From positions 62,558 to 126,557 of the forward strand of contig JBAZWV010000001.1 in the NCBI GenBank assembly GCA_041660225.1: 64,000 nucleotides of DNA, read 5' to 3'. The notes under the pieces were generated by a model. That model had not been told where the DNA came from and searched no databases. It saw only the letters and a list, made by a program, of their open reading frames with translations. The position numbers and the translations under genes are program-made. Below, one piece after another: positions 29,009 through 37,678 of this stretch (within the stretch, counting starts at the first letter, position 1; each line of letters begins with the position of its first letter). The stretch comes from Patescibacteria group bacterium (GTDB lineage: Bacteria; Patescibacteriota; Patescibacteriia; 2-12-FULL-60-25).

Positions 29009-30184
29009 ATGTTTAAGATTACAGAAGAGCTACTTCTCAAAGCATGGCTTGAAATCTATCGGAGTAAACCAAAGGCAAAAAGAAAATATTCTAGGGGAAT
29101 TGATGAAGTGTCCATAGAGGATTTCAAGAAGCATGATCGAGAAAATCTCGGTGAAATATATCGCCAATTAGAGGGCGGTTTTTTTGAATTTAGACAATTA
29201 AAAGAATATAAAATTCCCCGTCCAGGAAAAAGTCCACGTTTAATTCAGGCACCGACAGTTACAGATCGGATTGTCCAAAAAGTTATCTCTAATCATTTAA
29301 TGGATGTTTTTCAAAAAATATTTACAACTGCGGGAATTGTAGGCTCAGTTCGGGGCACCACGGTTGAAGGCGTTCTTAGAGGGGCGGTGGGCTACTACGA
29401 TCAAGGTTATCATTACGTTCTCAAAACTGATATTGAGAATTATTTTCCCAGTATTAATAAAAAGAGATTAAAAAAAATCTTCTATAGAGAAATTCATGAC
29501 GAAAAATTAAGAACATATTTTGATCAATTTCTCAAACAATCAAAACAACCAGGCATACCACAAGGGACTCCACTGTCTCCCTTCTTTGCGAATCTTTTTT
29601 TGCTTAATTTTGATAAAGCTCTTAAAAAAGAAAAGAATATAAAACATTTTAGATACATAGATGATTTAGTAGTTTTTTGCGACAATAGAGATAGAGCAGA
29701 AGCTATTTTCAATAAAGTTGAACCTATGTTTAGAGATCTAGGGCTAACTATTCACCCTTTAAGTACACCTGGAAAGACTTTTATCGATCTATTTGATACA
29801 GGAAGAGTAGATGTGCTTGGTGTTATATATAAAAATAAAAAACTTTTAATTAAACAAAAAAAATATCGAGAATTCATCGCTGAAACTATTACCCCCATTC
29901 AATTTAAAAGCTGTTTGAACTCTCGATTGAGTACTGAACAGGGTTTAAACGATCTATTAAAAGACTTGCGCTATCGAGTCTATGGGTGGGCGGGCGCCTA
30001 CAGTTTTTGTGATGTAAAAGAAACTTTTGAGGATCTGGATGCAAAACTCTATGAGCAATTCAATAAACTACTCAATCGTCTTGCTCTCACTCCCACGGAA
30101 AAATCTTACTATTTAAGCCATCTTCCTAAATTCACAAGAGCTTTAAAAAAACGATCTTTAAAGAAGTCTCAACTATTGTCATAA
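29009..30184 (+). CDS. free-standing group II-intron-like reverse transcriptase (G2L-type; YIDD active site)
   Basis: RT0 is LLKAWLEIYRSKPKAKRKYSRGIDEVSIEDF, RT1 RLIQAPTVTDRIVQKVI, RT3 YVLKTDIENYFPSI and RT4 GIPQGTPLSPFFANLFL. RT5 is FRYIDDLVVF (YIDD at 29654-29665), RT7 is VDVLGVIY and the thumb-like block is YRVYGWAGAYSF. An in-frame upstream ATG at 28943 is an alternative start. The ORF is markedly AT-rich. Confidence 0.9.
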   Translation: MFKITEELLLKAWLEIYRSKPKAKRKYSRGIDEVSIEDFKKHDRENLGEIYRQLEGGFFEFRQLKEYKIPRPGKSPRLIQAPTVTDRIVQKVISNHLMDVFQKIFTTAGIVGSVRGTTVEGVLRGAVGYYDQGYHYVLKTDIENYFPSINKKRLKKIFYREIHDEKLRTYFDQFLKQSKQPGIPQGTPLSPFFANLFLLNFDKALKKEKNIKHFRYIDDLVVFCDNRDRAEAIFNKVEPMFRDLGLTIHPLSTPGKTFIDLFDTGRVDVLGVIYKNKKLLIKQKKYREFIAETITPIQFKSCLNSRLSTEQGLNDLLKDLRYRVYGWAGAYSFCDVKETFEDLDAKLYEQFNKLLNRLALTPTEKSYYLSHLPKFTRALKKRSLKKSQLLS

Positions 30185-30213
30185 AATCATTTTCCCGCTA
30201 ACCTTAGCCAACT

Positions 30214-31128
30214 ATGGCCGCAATCGAAATCAAGAATCTCTCAAAAACCTACGCAACAGGTACAAAAGCCCTCACAAACGTCGATCTGACGGTGAAAGAA
30301 GGGGACTTTTTTGCGCTTCTTGGCGCGAACGGGGCGGGAAAAACCACCGTTATCGCGATTTTGACGAGCCTCGTCACAAAAACGTCGGGAACCGTCACCG
30401 TGAACGGGTTTGATCTCGACAAGAATCCGGATGCGGTCAAAGCGCAGATCGGCGTTGTTCCGCAGGAATTTAACTTCAACATCTTCGAAAAGGTGGTCGA
30501 TATCGTTCTTGATCAGGCGGGTTTTTACGGCGTTGAGCGGCCGGCTGCATTACTGCGAGCCGAAGAGCTCATGAAAGCGCTCGGACTCTGGGAAAAGAAA
30601 GACATGAAGTCCATGACACTTTCAGGCGGCATGAAACGCCGTCTCATGATCGTCCGCGCGCTCATGCATCAGCCAAAAATTCTGTTGCTTGATGAGCCGA
30701 CGGCGGGTGTCGATGTCGAGCTACGTCACGGCATGTGGGAGTATCTCAAAAAACTCAATGCCGAAGGCACGACAATTTTGCTGACAACGCATTATTTGGA
30801 AGAAGTGGAACAGCTTTGCAAGAACGTCGTCATTCTGAAAAAAGGGGAGAAGGCACACGACTCTTCTGTCGCATCGTTGCTTTCGGGACTTCCGTCCTCG
30901 ACGTACCGCGTAACACTCGACAAGGATCCGAAAACGCTCGACATCAAGGGGATGAAAATTTCTCCGCGTGATGAACGAACGGCGGATATCGAACTTGACT
31001 CCAATCAAAGTCTCACGAGCCTCATGCAGACGCTTTCGGATGCAGGCGTAAACGTTCTCGACATTCGTCCGGCGGCGAACCGAATTGAACAGGCATTTCT
31101 TGATATTACCAACGGACAACCCGTATGA
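30214..31128 (+). CDS. ABC transporter ATP-binding protein (ABC-2 exporter type)
   Basis: It has Walker A GANGAGKTT, signature LSGGMKRRL and Walker B ILLLDEPTAGVD. Confidence 0.92.
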   Translation: MAAIEIKNLSKTYATGTKALTNVDLTVKEGDFFALLGANGAGKTTVIAILTSLVTKTSGTVTVNGFDLDKNPDAVKAQIGVVPQEFNFNIFEKVVDIVLDQAGFYGVERPAALLRAEELMKALGLWEKKDMKSMTLSGGMKRRLMIVRALMHQPKILLLDEPTAGVDVELRHGMWEYLKKLNAEGTTILLTTHYLEEVEQLCKNVVILKKGEKAHDSSVASLLSGLPSSTYRVTLDKDPKTLDIKGMKISPRDERTADIELDSNQSLTSLMQTLSDAGVNVLDIRPAANRIEQAFLDITNGQPV

Positions 31129-31895
31129 GCTCAATCCAAATCGTTGCCTTCAAGACTTTGATGCACCGCGAGATCGGTCGTCAATTTCGAATCTGGAAGC
31201 AAACCTTTCTCCCTCCCGTCATCACACAAACGCTGTACTTCCTCGTCTTCGGAACCTTCATCGGTTCGCAGATCGCGCCGATCAAGGGCGTGTCGTACAT
31301 GGGCTATATCGTTCCCGGCATCATTATGATGGCCGTGATTACGAGCTCATACATGAACGTCGTGTTCTCGTTTTTCAGCATCAAGTTCATGCGCAGCATT
31401 GAAGAGCTGCTCGTCTCTCCGATGTCGTATCGCACGATGCTTCTTGGTTTTGTTTCCGGTGGCGTGTTTCGCGCGGTATTCACGGGGCTCCTCGTCTTCA
31501 TCGTTTCGTTCATCTTCGTACGTCCGGTCGTCCAGCATCCGTTCATCGTGTTGCTCTTCGTTATCCTGACGGCGACGGTGTTCGCCCTCGGAGGATTCCT
31601 GAATGCGATCTTCGCAAAAAACTTCGATGATGCGGGAACGTTTACGACGTTTGTGCTGACTCCGCTCACGTATCTTGGTGGCGTCTTCTATTCGATTGAA
31701 TCATTGCCACCGTTTTTCCGCACACTCTCGTACTTCAATCCAATCGTCTACATGGTCGACGGATTCCGCTTTGGATTTTACGGTATCCACGACACGAATC
31801 CGTGGATCGGCGTGATTTTTCTCACGGTTATTTCTCTCGGACTCGCGACCTTGAATCTTCATCTTCTGAAAAAAGGAACGGGACTTCGGGCATAA
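31125..31895 (+). CDS. ABC-2 type transporter permease
   Basis: It has six hydrophobic segments and overlaps the ATPase gene by 4 bp (ATGA). Confidence 0.85.
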   Translation: MSSIQIVAFKTLMHREIGRQFRIWKQTFLPPVITQTLYFLVFGTFIGSQIAPIKGVSYMGYIVPGIIMMAVITSSYMNVVFSFFSIKFMRSIEELLVSPMSYRTMLLGFVSGGVFRAVFTGLLVFIVSFIFVRPVVQHPFIVLLFVILTATVFALGGFLNAIFAKNFDDAGTFTTFVLTPLTYLGGVFYSIESLPPFFRTLSYFNPIVYMVDGFRFGFYGIHDTNPWIGVIFLTVISLGLATLNLHLLKKGTGLRA

Positions 31896-31910
31896 CGACA
31901 GAGTTGGAAC

Positions 31911-31938
31911 AAAAAACCTCCTGAACGGAGGCTTTTTT
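31911..31938 (+). terminator. rho-independent terminator
   Basis: Stem cctcc (31917-31921) pairs with ggagg (31927-31931), followed by cTTTTTT. Confidence 0.7.
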
Positions 31939-32001
31939 GTATCCTCATACCTACTACCTTGCATAACATAGTAGTAGGTGTTATGGTCTTGTCGTACCCC
32001 T

Positions 32002-32352
32002 ATGACTCACCAACCTCCCCTCGATGTGAGCAACACCAAGGCCCAGATGCGCAAAGGCATTCTGGAGTTTTGTATCTTGCTGATCATCTCCCAGGGAAAG
32101 ACCTACACCAACGATATTCTGAAGGAACTCCGCACGGCGGATCTCCTCGTTGTCGAAGGTACCGTCTACCCCATCTTGAGCCGCCTGAAAAACGCCGGAC
32201 TCCTGTCGTACGATTGGTCGGAAAGTCCGAATGGTCCGCCGCGCAAATATTATGCGCTGACCGAAAACGGACACGATTTTTTAGAACAGTTGGTGGGTAC
32301 ATGGGAATCCCTGGATTCTTCGATTAACAAGCTCCTCACGAAGTTCAACTAA
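32002..32352 (+). CDS. PadR family transcriptional regulator
   Basis: It has the winged-helix block KGILEFCILLIISQGKTYTNDILKEL...EGTVYPILSRLKNAGLL...RKYYALTENG. Confidence 0.85.
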   Translation: MTHQPPLDVSNTKAQMRKGILEFCILLIISQGKTYTNDILKELRTADLLVVEGTVYPILSRLKNAGLLSYDWSESPNGPPRKYYALTENGHDFLEQLVGTWESLDSSINKLLTKFN

Positions 32353-32357
32353 CGCAT

Positions 32358-34121
32358 ATGAAAAAAACCATTTCTATTACGCTCGGAGGACGCATCTTCG
32401 CGATCGAAGAAGACGGATACGGTGTGCTTGAACAGTACCTGAACGGACTGAAGCGTCATTTTACCGGCGATCCGTCGTCGGATGAGCTGATGGCCGATAT
32501 CGAATCCAGCATCGGAGAAAAATTCGAAGAGAAGCTCGGTCCGCACAAGCAGGCGGTCACGCTTGAAGATGTGAACGGCGTCATCCTGGTCATGGGCAAG
32601 ATCGAAGAAATCGCGGATGAAGAATCGCGAGATGACAAGAAGGGTTCCAAAACGGACGATGCGAACACATCCAAACGTTTTTATCGTAATCCGGACGACA
32701 TGGTCATTGGAGGCGTGTGCTCAGGTATCGCTGCGTATTTCGGCATTGATCCGCTCATCGTGCGCATTATTTTCGCCATACTCACACTCGTAAACGGATT
32801 TGGCATTCTCGTATATCTCGTTCTGTGGATGGCGATGCCTCTTGCAGAAACGAGCACACAGAAACTTGAAATGCGCGGCAAGCCGCTGAATGTCGAAGAA
32901 ATCGAAGAACTCATAAAGGAACGAGCGGAAGGTGTTGGCAGGGAAGGTCGTGAAGCATGGCAACGCGCACAGAAACCGGATTCGGTCATGCGCAGAATCC
33001 TGAATGTTCCCGTACGTATTGTCGGAGCCATTGCTACGGGCTTGCGCACATTCTTTCGTATGCTTGGTCCGGTTCTCGGCGTTCTCATCGGTCTCCCGAT
33101 TTTGATCAGCGCGATCGCCGGCCTTGTTGCGACGAACGTAACCGCGACACTTCTTCTGTTCCGTATCAATTCGCCCTATATTATTTCGGACCTGCCTCTC
33201 GCGGAGCTCGCGGGACAGCCGATGTATTACGTGGGGGTTGTTGCAGGATATTTTCTCGTACTCATTCCATTCATCTTTCTCGCGACGCTTGGAATAAGCA
33301 TCGTTCGTCGCAGAAGCTGCTTCGGTGCGGTATCGAGCGGCATGTGGATCGCCATTTGGATCGTTGCGGCAGGAGCAGGAGCCGTTGCCGCAAGCGATGT
33401 TGCTCCCTGGGTGCATACGCGTTCGCAGGAAATGGAACGACAAGCGACGGTCTCGCGTACGATTGAGCAGCGTGACTTCACGTCGATCGCTCTCTCTGAT
33501 TCGATCAATGTGACGATCACACGCGGTGATGACTATGCGCTGAGCTTTACCGGTCTGCAAAAAGACATGGATGCGCTGCATTTCACGAACGAAAAAGGCG
33601 TTCTCAAGATCACACAGCGGGATGAACGAATCGGTCCGTGCGTTTTCTGCTTCCGACATCGCGTGGAAGGGGAGATCACGCTTCCGCGTCTTGTCTCGTA
33701 CACCGGATCCGATGAGAGCCATGGGTCGATCAACGGATTCACGGAAGACCTCGTCCTCGCCTTGAATGACGTCGCGCAGCTTGATCTTGAAATGCTGGGA
33801 CAGAATGCGACCGCCACAACACGCGACGTGAGCCGATTAATGCTGACGGGAAGCTCGACGCGTCTTGTTCTCGATACCTCCGACGCTTCACGAATCATCG
33901 CCGAAGGATTTGTCTCAACATTCATCCGCGTAACCGGACGTGATGTCAGCCGTACGGTTCTGGAGGGGTCGACACATGAGCTGCTCGTTGATCTCAAGGA
34001 TGTCGCTCGTGTTGATGCTGACGATCTGACGAGCGACCTTGTCACATTCTCGACGCGGGATGTTTCGCACTACGAAGGACCGCAGCCCACACATCTGGAG
34101 ACAGAATACGAAACGGATTGA
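32358..34121 (+). CDS. PspC domain-containing membrane protein with C-terminal beta-helix-like (DUF4097/DUF2807-type) region
   Basis: The PspC motif is RFYRNPDDMVIGGVCSGIAAYFGIDPLIVRIIFAILTLV. Multiple TM helices follow. The C-terminus has repeated RDVSR/DASR strands. Confidence 0.8.
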   Translation: MKKTISITLGGRIFAIEEDGYGVLEQYLNGLKRHFTGDPSSDELMADIESSIGEKFEEKLGPHKQAVTLEDVNGVILVMGKIEEIADEESRDDKKGSKTDDANTSKRFYRNPDDMVIGGVCSGIAAYFGIDPLIVRIIFAILTLVNGFGILVYLVLWMAMPLAETSTQKLEMRGKPLNVEEIEELIKERAEGVGREGREAWQRAQKPDSVMRRILNVPVRIVGAIATGLRTFFRMLGPVLGVLIGLPILISAIAGLVATNVTATLLLFRINSPYIISDLPLAELAGQPMYYVGVVAGYFLVLIPFIFLATLGISIVRRRSCFGAVSSGMWIAIWIVAAGAGAVAASDVAPWVHTRSQEMERQATVSRTIEQRDFTSIALSDSINVTITRGDDYALSFTGLQKDMDALHFTNEKGVLKITQRDERIGPCVFCFRHRVEGEITLPRLVSYTGSDESHGSINGFTEDLVLALNDVAQLDLEMLGQNATATTRDVSRLMLTGSSTRLVLDTSDASRIIAEGFVSTFIRVTGRDVSRTVLEGSTHELLVDLKDVARVDADDLTSDLVTFSTRDVSHYEGPQPTHLETEYETD

Positions 34122-34178
34122 GGTCCTGAGAAAGGGGAGTATACTGAAGCCATAAGCCATTTTTAGCCAAAACGCCTT

Positions 34179-34601
34179 ATGGACAACAGCATGCAAACTC
34201 CTACAAAGGCGCCGATGCCGAACGTAGACTCAACCCTTCGTGAAGAACGGTTGCCGACGCATCGCATTAAGCCGCTCTACCGCACGACGCAGATCGTTTG
34301 GTATATCGTCGGTCTCCTTGAAATACTTCTCGCGTTGCGTTTCTTTCTGAAGCTCTTCGCAGCCAATTCTGCAGCAGGGTTCTCGAAATTTATCTACGGC
34401 GCAACGGAGATCTTCGCCGGACCGTTCTTGATTGTCTTCCAGGGATCGCGTGTGAACAGCAGCGTGTTCGAGTGGTCCACGCTTCTCGCCATGGCGGTGT
34501 ACTTCCTGATCGGTCTACTGATCGTGAAAGCGCTTGTCATGAGCAAGCCTGTTTCGACGAAAGAAGCGGATCAAAAACTTCCCGGACAAGAAAAACTCTA
34601 A
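34179..34601 (+). CDS. hypothetical membrane protein (YggT-like?)
   Basis: It has two or three TM helices. The family assignment is weak. Confidence 0.5.
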   Translation: MDNSMQTPTKAPMPNVDSTLREERLPTHRIKPLYRTTQIVWYIVGLLEILLALRFFLKLFAANSAAGFSKFIYGATEIFAGPFLIVFQGSRVNSSVFEWSTLLAMAVYFLIGLLIVKALVMSKPVSTKEADQKLPGQEKL

Positions 34602-34615
34602 CGGATTTTTGAAAG

Positions 34616-34645
34616 AACTCCGGGCGTGACAAGCCCGGAGTTTTG
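34616..34645 (+). terminator. rho-independent terminator
   Basis: A 10-bp stem, aactccgggc (34616-34625) with gcccggagtt (34633-34642), is followed by a TT run. Confidence 0.75.
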
Positions 34646-34663
34646 CTTTAAACTTGGCTAAAT

Positions 34664-35137
34664 ATGACACATCTCGCAACGTTCGGCGCCGGATGTTTTT
34701 GGGGCGTGGAAGAACTCTATCGGCGTCTGCCGGGTGTGAGCGAGACCGCTGTAGGATATATGGGAGGAACGACCGAGAAACCGACGTACGAAGACGTCTG
34801 TACGGGTTCGACCGGACACGCCGAAGTCGTACAGGTAACGTATGATCCGGAAAAGGTGACGTATGAGAATCTTTTGAAGCTCTTCTGGGAGAATCATGAC
34901 CCAACGCAGCTGAATCGTCAGGGACCGGACACGGGCACGCAATATCGTTCCGTTGTTTTCTTCCATTCGCCAGAGCAGGAAGCGTCAGCCGTCAGATCCA
35001 TTGAGGACTTGAAAAAACATAGACGCTACGAGCATCCGATTGTCACGCAGATCGTTCCGGCAACGGCGTTTTGGAAAGCGGAAGATTACCATCAGCAATA
35101 TCTTGAGAAGCGCGGACTCGGAAGCTGTCACATTTAA
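34664..35137 (+). CDS. msrA: peptide-methionine (S)-S-oxide reductase
   Basis: It has the GCFWGVE active-site motif, [11 protein letters not shown] and GTQYRS. Confidence 0.95.
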   Translation: MTHLATFGAGCFWGVEELYRRLPGVSETAVGYMGGTTEKPTYEDVCTGSTGHAEVVQVTYDPEKVTYENLLKLFWENHDPTQLNRQGPDTGTQYRSVVFFHSPEQEASAVRSIEDLKKHRRYEHPIVTQIVPATAFWKAEDYHQQYLEKRGLGSCHI

Positions 35138-35138
35138 T

Positions 35139-35894
35139 ATGAATCAAGAACTTCAACAACAACTTGCAAAACCAATTAAAATCGCAATCGGCGTTTTCCT
35201 CGGTTGCGCGGGGCTGTCGCTTGTCCTGGGTCTGCTCATCACGGGGGGAACGGCATTCGGTCTTTCCCGTCTGATGGATCTTGATCCGTTGAAGATGTTT
35301 GCCGGCATTGAGAAACCGGTTTCGGTTGCTCCACCGGGAGACGCCGGCGCCTTCGATCCCATCAAAGCGTTTATGGAGGTGAAAACATATGCGGGGAATG
35401 TTCCGCTTGTCGAGATGACGGCGACGCATGTCCGTTCCGACGGCACGATCAACCTCATGGCAGATCTTTCCCCGCGTCCGACCGTGTCTTATGATTTTGT
35501 TGAAGAATTTAAAAACGATTCTGAAGACGCACCGCCGATCGGTGCTGGAAGCGGAGAGGGTGGCGTACAATGGCGCGACGTTACGGTAGACGTGAGTCAT
35601 CCAAACATCTGGCGCCACGTGACGCAGATCGGCGGGAGTATCAACGCGAGCTATCGATATAAATATCTTGGAATGGGAAAAACGATCGGTTCTCCTCGTG
35701 GATCCAATTATGATACGCCGTTACCGGACCCTCTCTGTCCGTTCGTCGCGTTGTGGGCGGTTGCGATGCAGAAAGGCACGCCCTCCGATGCCGTTGCGTG
35801 GATCCGGTACAACAAAGACGGTTACGACTTTTGGATTCGTGATACGAAATATCGATACCGTTTCGATACGGATTGTCGTCTTATTGAGAAATAA
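35139..35894 (+). CDS. hypothetical membrane-anchored protein between msrA and msrB
   Basis: ATG at 35139 follows 1 nt after the msrA stop. One TM helix (IAIGVFLGCAGLSLVLGLLITGG) is present. I recognise no family. Confidence 0.55.
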   Translation: MNQELQQQLAKPIKIAIGVFLGCAGLSLVLGLLITGGTAFGLSRLMDLDPLKMFAGIEKPVSVAPPGDAGAFDPIKAFMEVKTYAGNVPLVEMTATHVRSDGTINLMADLSPRPTVSYDFVEEFKNDSEDAPPIGAGSGEGGVQWRDVTVDVSHPNIWRHVTQIGGSINASYRYKYLGMGKTIGSPRGSNYDTPLPDPLCPFVALWAVAMQKGTPSDAVAWIRYNKDGYDFWIRDTKYRYRFDTDCRLIEK

Positions 35895-35896
35895 AT

Positions 35897-36292
35897 ATGA
35901 ACGACAGCATTCAAAAGAGCGAAGCGGACTGGCGCAAGGATCTGACGGAAGAGCAGTATCGCGTCTTGCGTGAGAAGGGGACCGAGGCACCGTTTACGGG
36001 AGAGTATGTCCATACCGACGAAAAAGGAATGTTCACATGCGCTGCGTGCGGCAATCAACTGTTTTCAACAGAGACGAAATTCGACTCCGGTTCGGGTTGG
36101 CCCAGTTTTACGGATGCAATTCCGGGCGCCGTGGAGTTTCACGACGATTCTTCTGGGGGCATGAAGCGAACGGAAGTGACATGTGCACAATGTGGCAGTC
36201 ACTTGGGGCATGTCTTTGACGATGGTCCCGGACCAAATGGAAAACGTTATTGCATCAATTCCGTGTGTCTCAATCTGCAGGCAAAAACCTGA
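35897..36292 (+). CDS. msrB: peptide-methionine (R)-S-oxide reductase
   Basis: It has the CAACGNQLF and CAQCGSHLGHVF zinc CxxC pairs and the catalytic motif RYCINS. Confidence 0.95.
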   Translation: MNDSIQKSEADWRKDLTEEQYRVLREKGTEAPFTGEYVHTDEKGMFTCAACGNQLFSTETKFDSGSGWPSFTDAIPGAVEFHDDSSGGMKRTEVTCAQCGSHLGHVFDDGPGPNGKRYCINSVCLNLQAKT

Positions 36293-36321
36293 AAAAGAAA
36301 AACCCCGTGAAGATCACGGGG
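36290..36321. terminator. hairpin shared by convergent msrB and HD-domain genes
   Basis: Stem ccccgtga (36303-36310) pairs with tcacgggg (36314-36321). An A-run precedes it on the + strand, which is a T-run on the minus strand. It overlaps the HD gene stop codon. Confidence 0.55.
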
Positions 36322-37591
36322 AGGGAAATACGCTGAACGGTTCGCAGGATTCACGGTACCGCTCGTAGTCTTGAAGAAAGGCAGGATTGAGTTGCGGATC
36401 CCGAAGGATGAACAGAAGAACGGGAGGTTCCTCTTCCGCAAGCTCCCTGATACGAGCGGCTTCCGTAGGACAGGCGTCTTCGAAAGGGAGAACGGTTCCC
36501 TCCGAGAGCACGGGGAGATCCATCCGCGGCTTCAAAAGACGTTTTCGGCACGCCGCCGTGAACACCGTTCCGGATCGATGCAAGGAGGACGCAAACGCGT
36601 TTGCGTCGTTTTCGTTTTGATACTCGAGAACTTCCGGATATCCCATGTGCGGAATCTGGAAACGCGCGCACCTGATTCCGGCGTGTTGCAGGATACGAGA
36701 CTCGAGCTTCGCGTCGTCCCACCGAAAGAGATCGGCGGGTAGGATATGTTCGCGCCGGAGGAGACACTCCACGATGCACCGGACGAGCGTGCGTAGAAAC
36801 TGGGTATGCCTGCCGTAGTACAGGTCACGGAACAGAAGGACGCGCAGACGTAGAAAGTCGGCCAACATGAGCGGATCGTTCGACACGATCTGACCATCCT
36901 TCAACACCAGCGTTTTCCACACTTCGCAGACCATCGGTCGAATCTGGAGCGAGGCGTTTATACTGCACGCATCGTTCAGCGTCAGGGGAGAAGAGATGCC
37001 GCAGAATCCGCGGTACTCACCGACGTCACGCGCGACGTAGCCGATTTTGTCGGCCCAATCGAGCAATTGCCCGAGCATGCCACGGTTATTGATGATCTCA
37101 GTCAGCGACTCGGGCTCCAGCGCATATCGCTGTCGGAGATCTTCCCATGCGTCACCAACGAGCGCTCGCGGATATGCTGCGTCTTCGTCGAATGCGCTCG
37201 GATCGATATCTTTGATCACATCGCCGCCTGCGACCGTACACACATCATGCGAGAGTGCGGCGACCGTCAGATGTGTCATCTGTGCGTCATCGAGACCCAC
37301 GGCGTGTCCGATCTGTTTCGCGATCGCCATGACATCGTGACTGTGTTGCCAGCGCGTGTGCGTGAATGTCGGCGACACGTGTGGTCGCGTGAACATCCGG
37401 GTCGGGACTGCCGTGTGAATGTACGGCAGTTGCTTGATGCCACGAAGGCGTTCAAGACCGAATGCGCGGATCGTTTGAGCACAGAGTCCGTCAGGTTCGG
37501 CCACGCGGTAGCGCAGATCCGCATAGGGGAGATCAAATGTCTCTGTTTCGGAATCTACGGCTGAGCCGTAGGCCACGTCATCAAGTTTCAT
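36314..37591 (-). CDS. HD domain phosphohydrolase (COG1078 / SAMHD1-like arrangement)
   Basis: FTHTRWQHSHDV resembles the R..HS..V motif. AALSHDVCTVAGGD supplies the HD motif. Confidence 0.75.
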   Translation of the reverse strand: MKLDDVAYGSAVDSETETFDLPYADLRYRVAEPDGLCAQTIRAFGLERLRGIKQLPYIHTAVPTRMFTRPHVSPTFTHTRWQHSHDVMAIAKQIGHAVGLDDAQMTHLTVAALSHDVCTVAGGDVIKDIDPSAFDEDAAYPRALVGDAWEDLRQRYALEPESLTEIINNRGMLGQLLDWADKIGYVARDVGEYRGFCGISSPLTLNDACSINASLQIRPMVCEVWKTLVLKDGQIVSNDPLMLADFLRLRVLLFRDLYYGRHTQFLRTLVRCIVECLLRREHILPADLFRWDDAKLESRILQHAGIRCARFQIPHMGYPEVLEYQNENDANAFASSLHRSGTVFTAACRKRLLKPRMDLPVLSEGTVLPFEDACPTEAARIRELAEEEPPVLLFILRDPQLNPAFLQDYERYRESCEPFSVFPSP

Positions 37592-37678
37592 CGGCTCCTC
37601 CGTTTTGGTTGAAAGATCGAATGCGTCAAAACGGTCTCATTTGAGATAGGCACGGTCAAGTGTTAGGATGGTGCGACT

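Noticed and set aside
28564-30184. Retron (msr/msd + RT)
   Set aside because: I found no a1/a2-type inverted repeats joining the two ends of the leader. The best long-range complementarity I could find by eye was 5-6 nt. The RT has an RT0 block and group II-like RT1/RT4/RT7 motifs, with LG where retron RTs have the VTG signature.
28564-30184. Diversity-generating retroelement (common in CPR genomes)
   Set aside because: RT motif 4 reads PQGTPLSP (group II type), not the DGR-typical I/LGxxxSQ. I could not find a template/variable repeat pair between the leader and the 3' ends of neighbouring genes.
28564-30213. Mobile group II intron
   Set aside because: Only 29 bp follow the RT stop before the next gene, so domains V/VI cannot be present. 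At most 445 bp lie upstream, with no GUGYG-like 5' end. No maturase-associated En domain is present.
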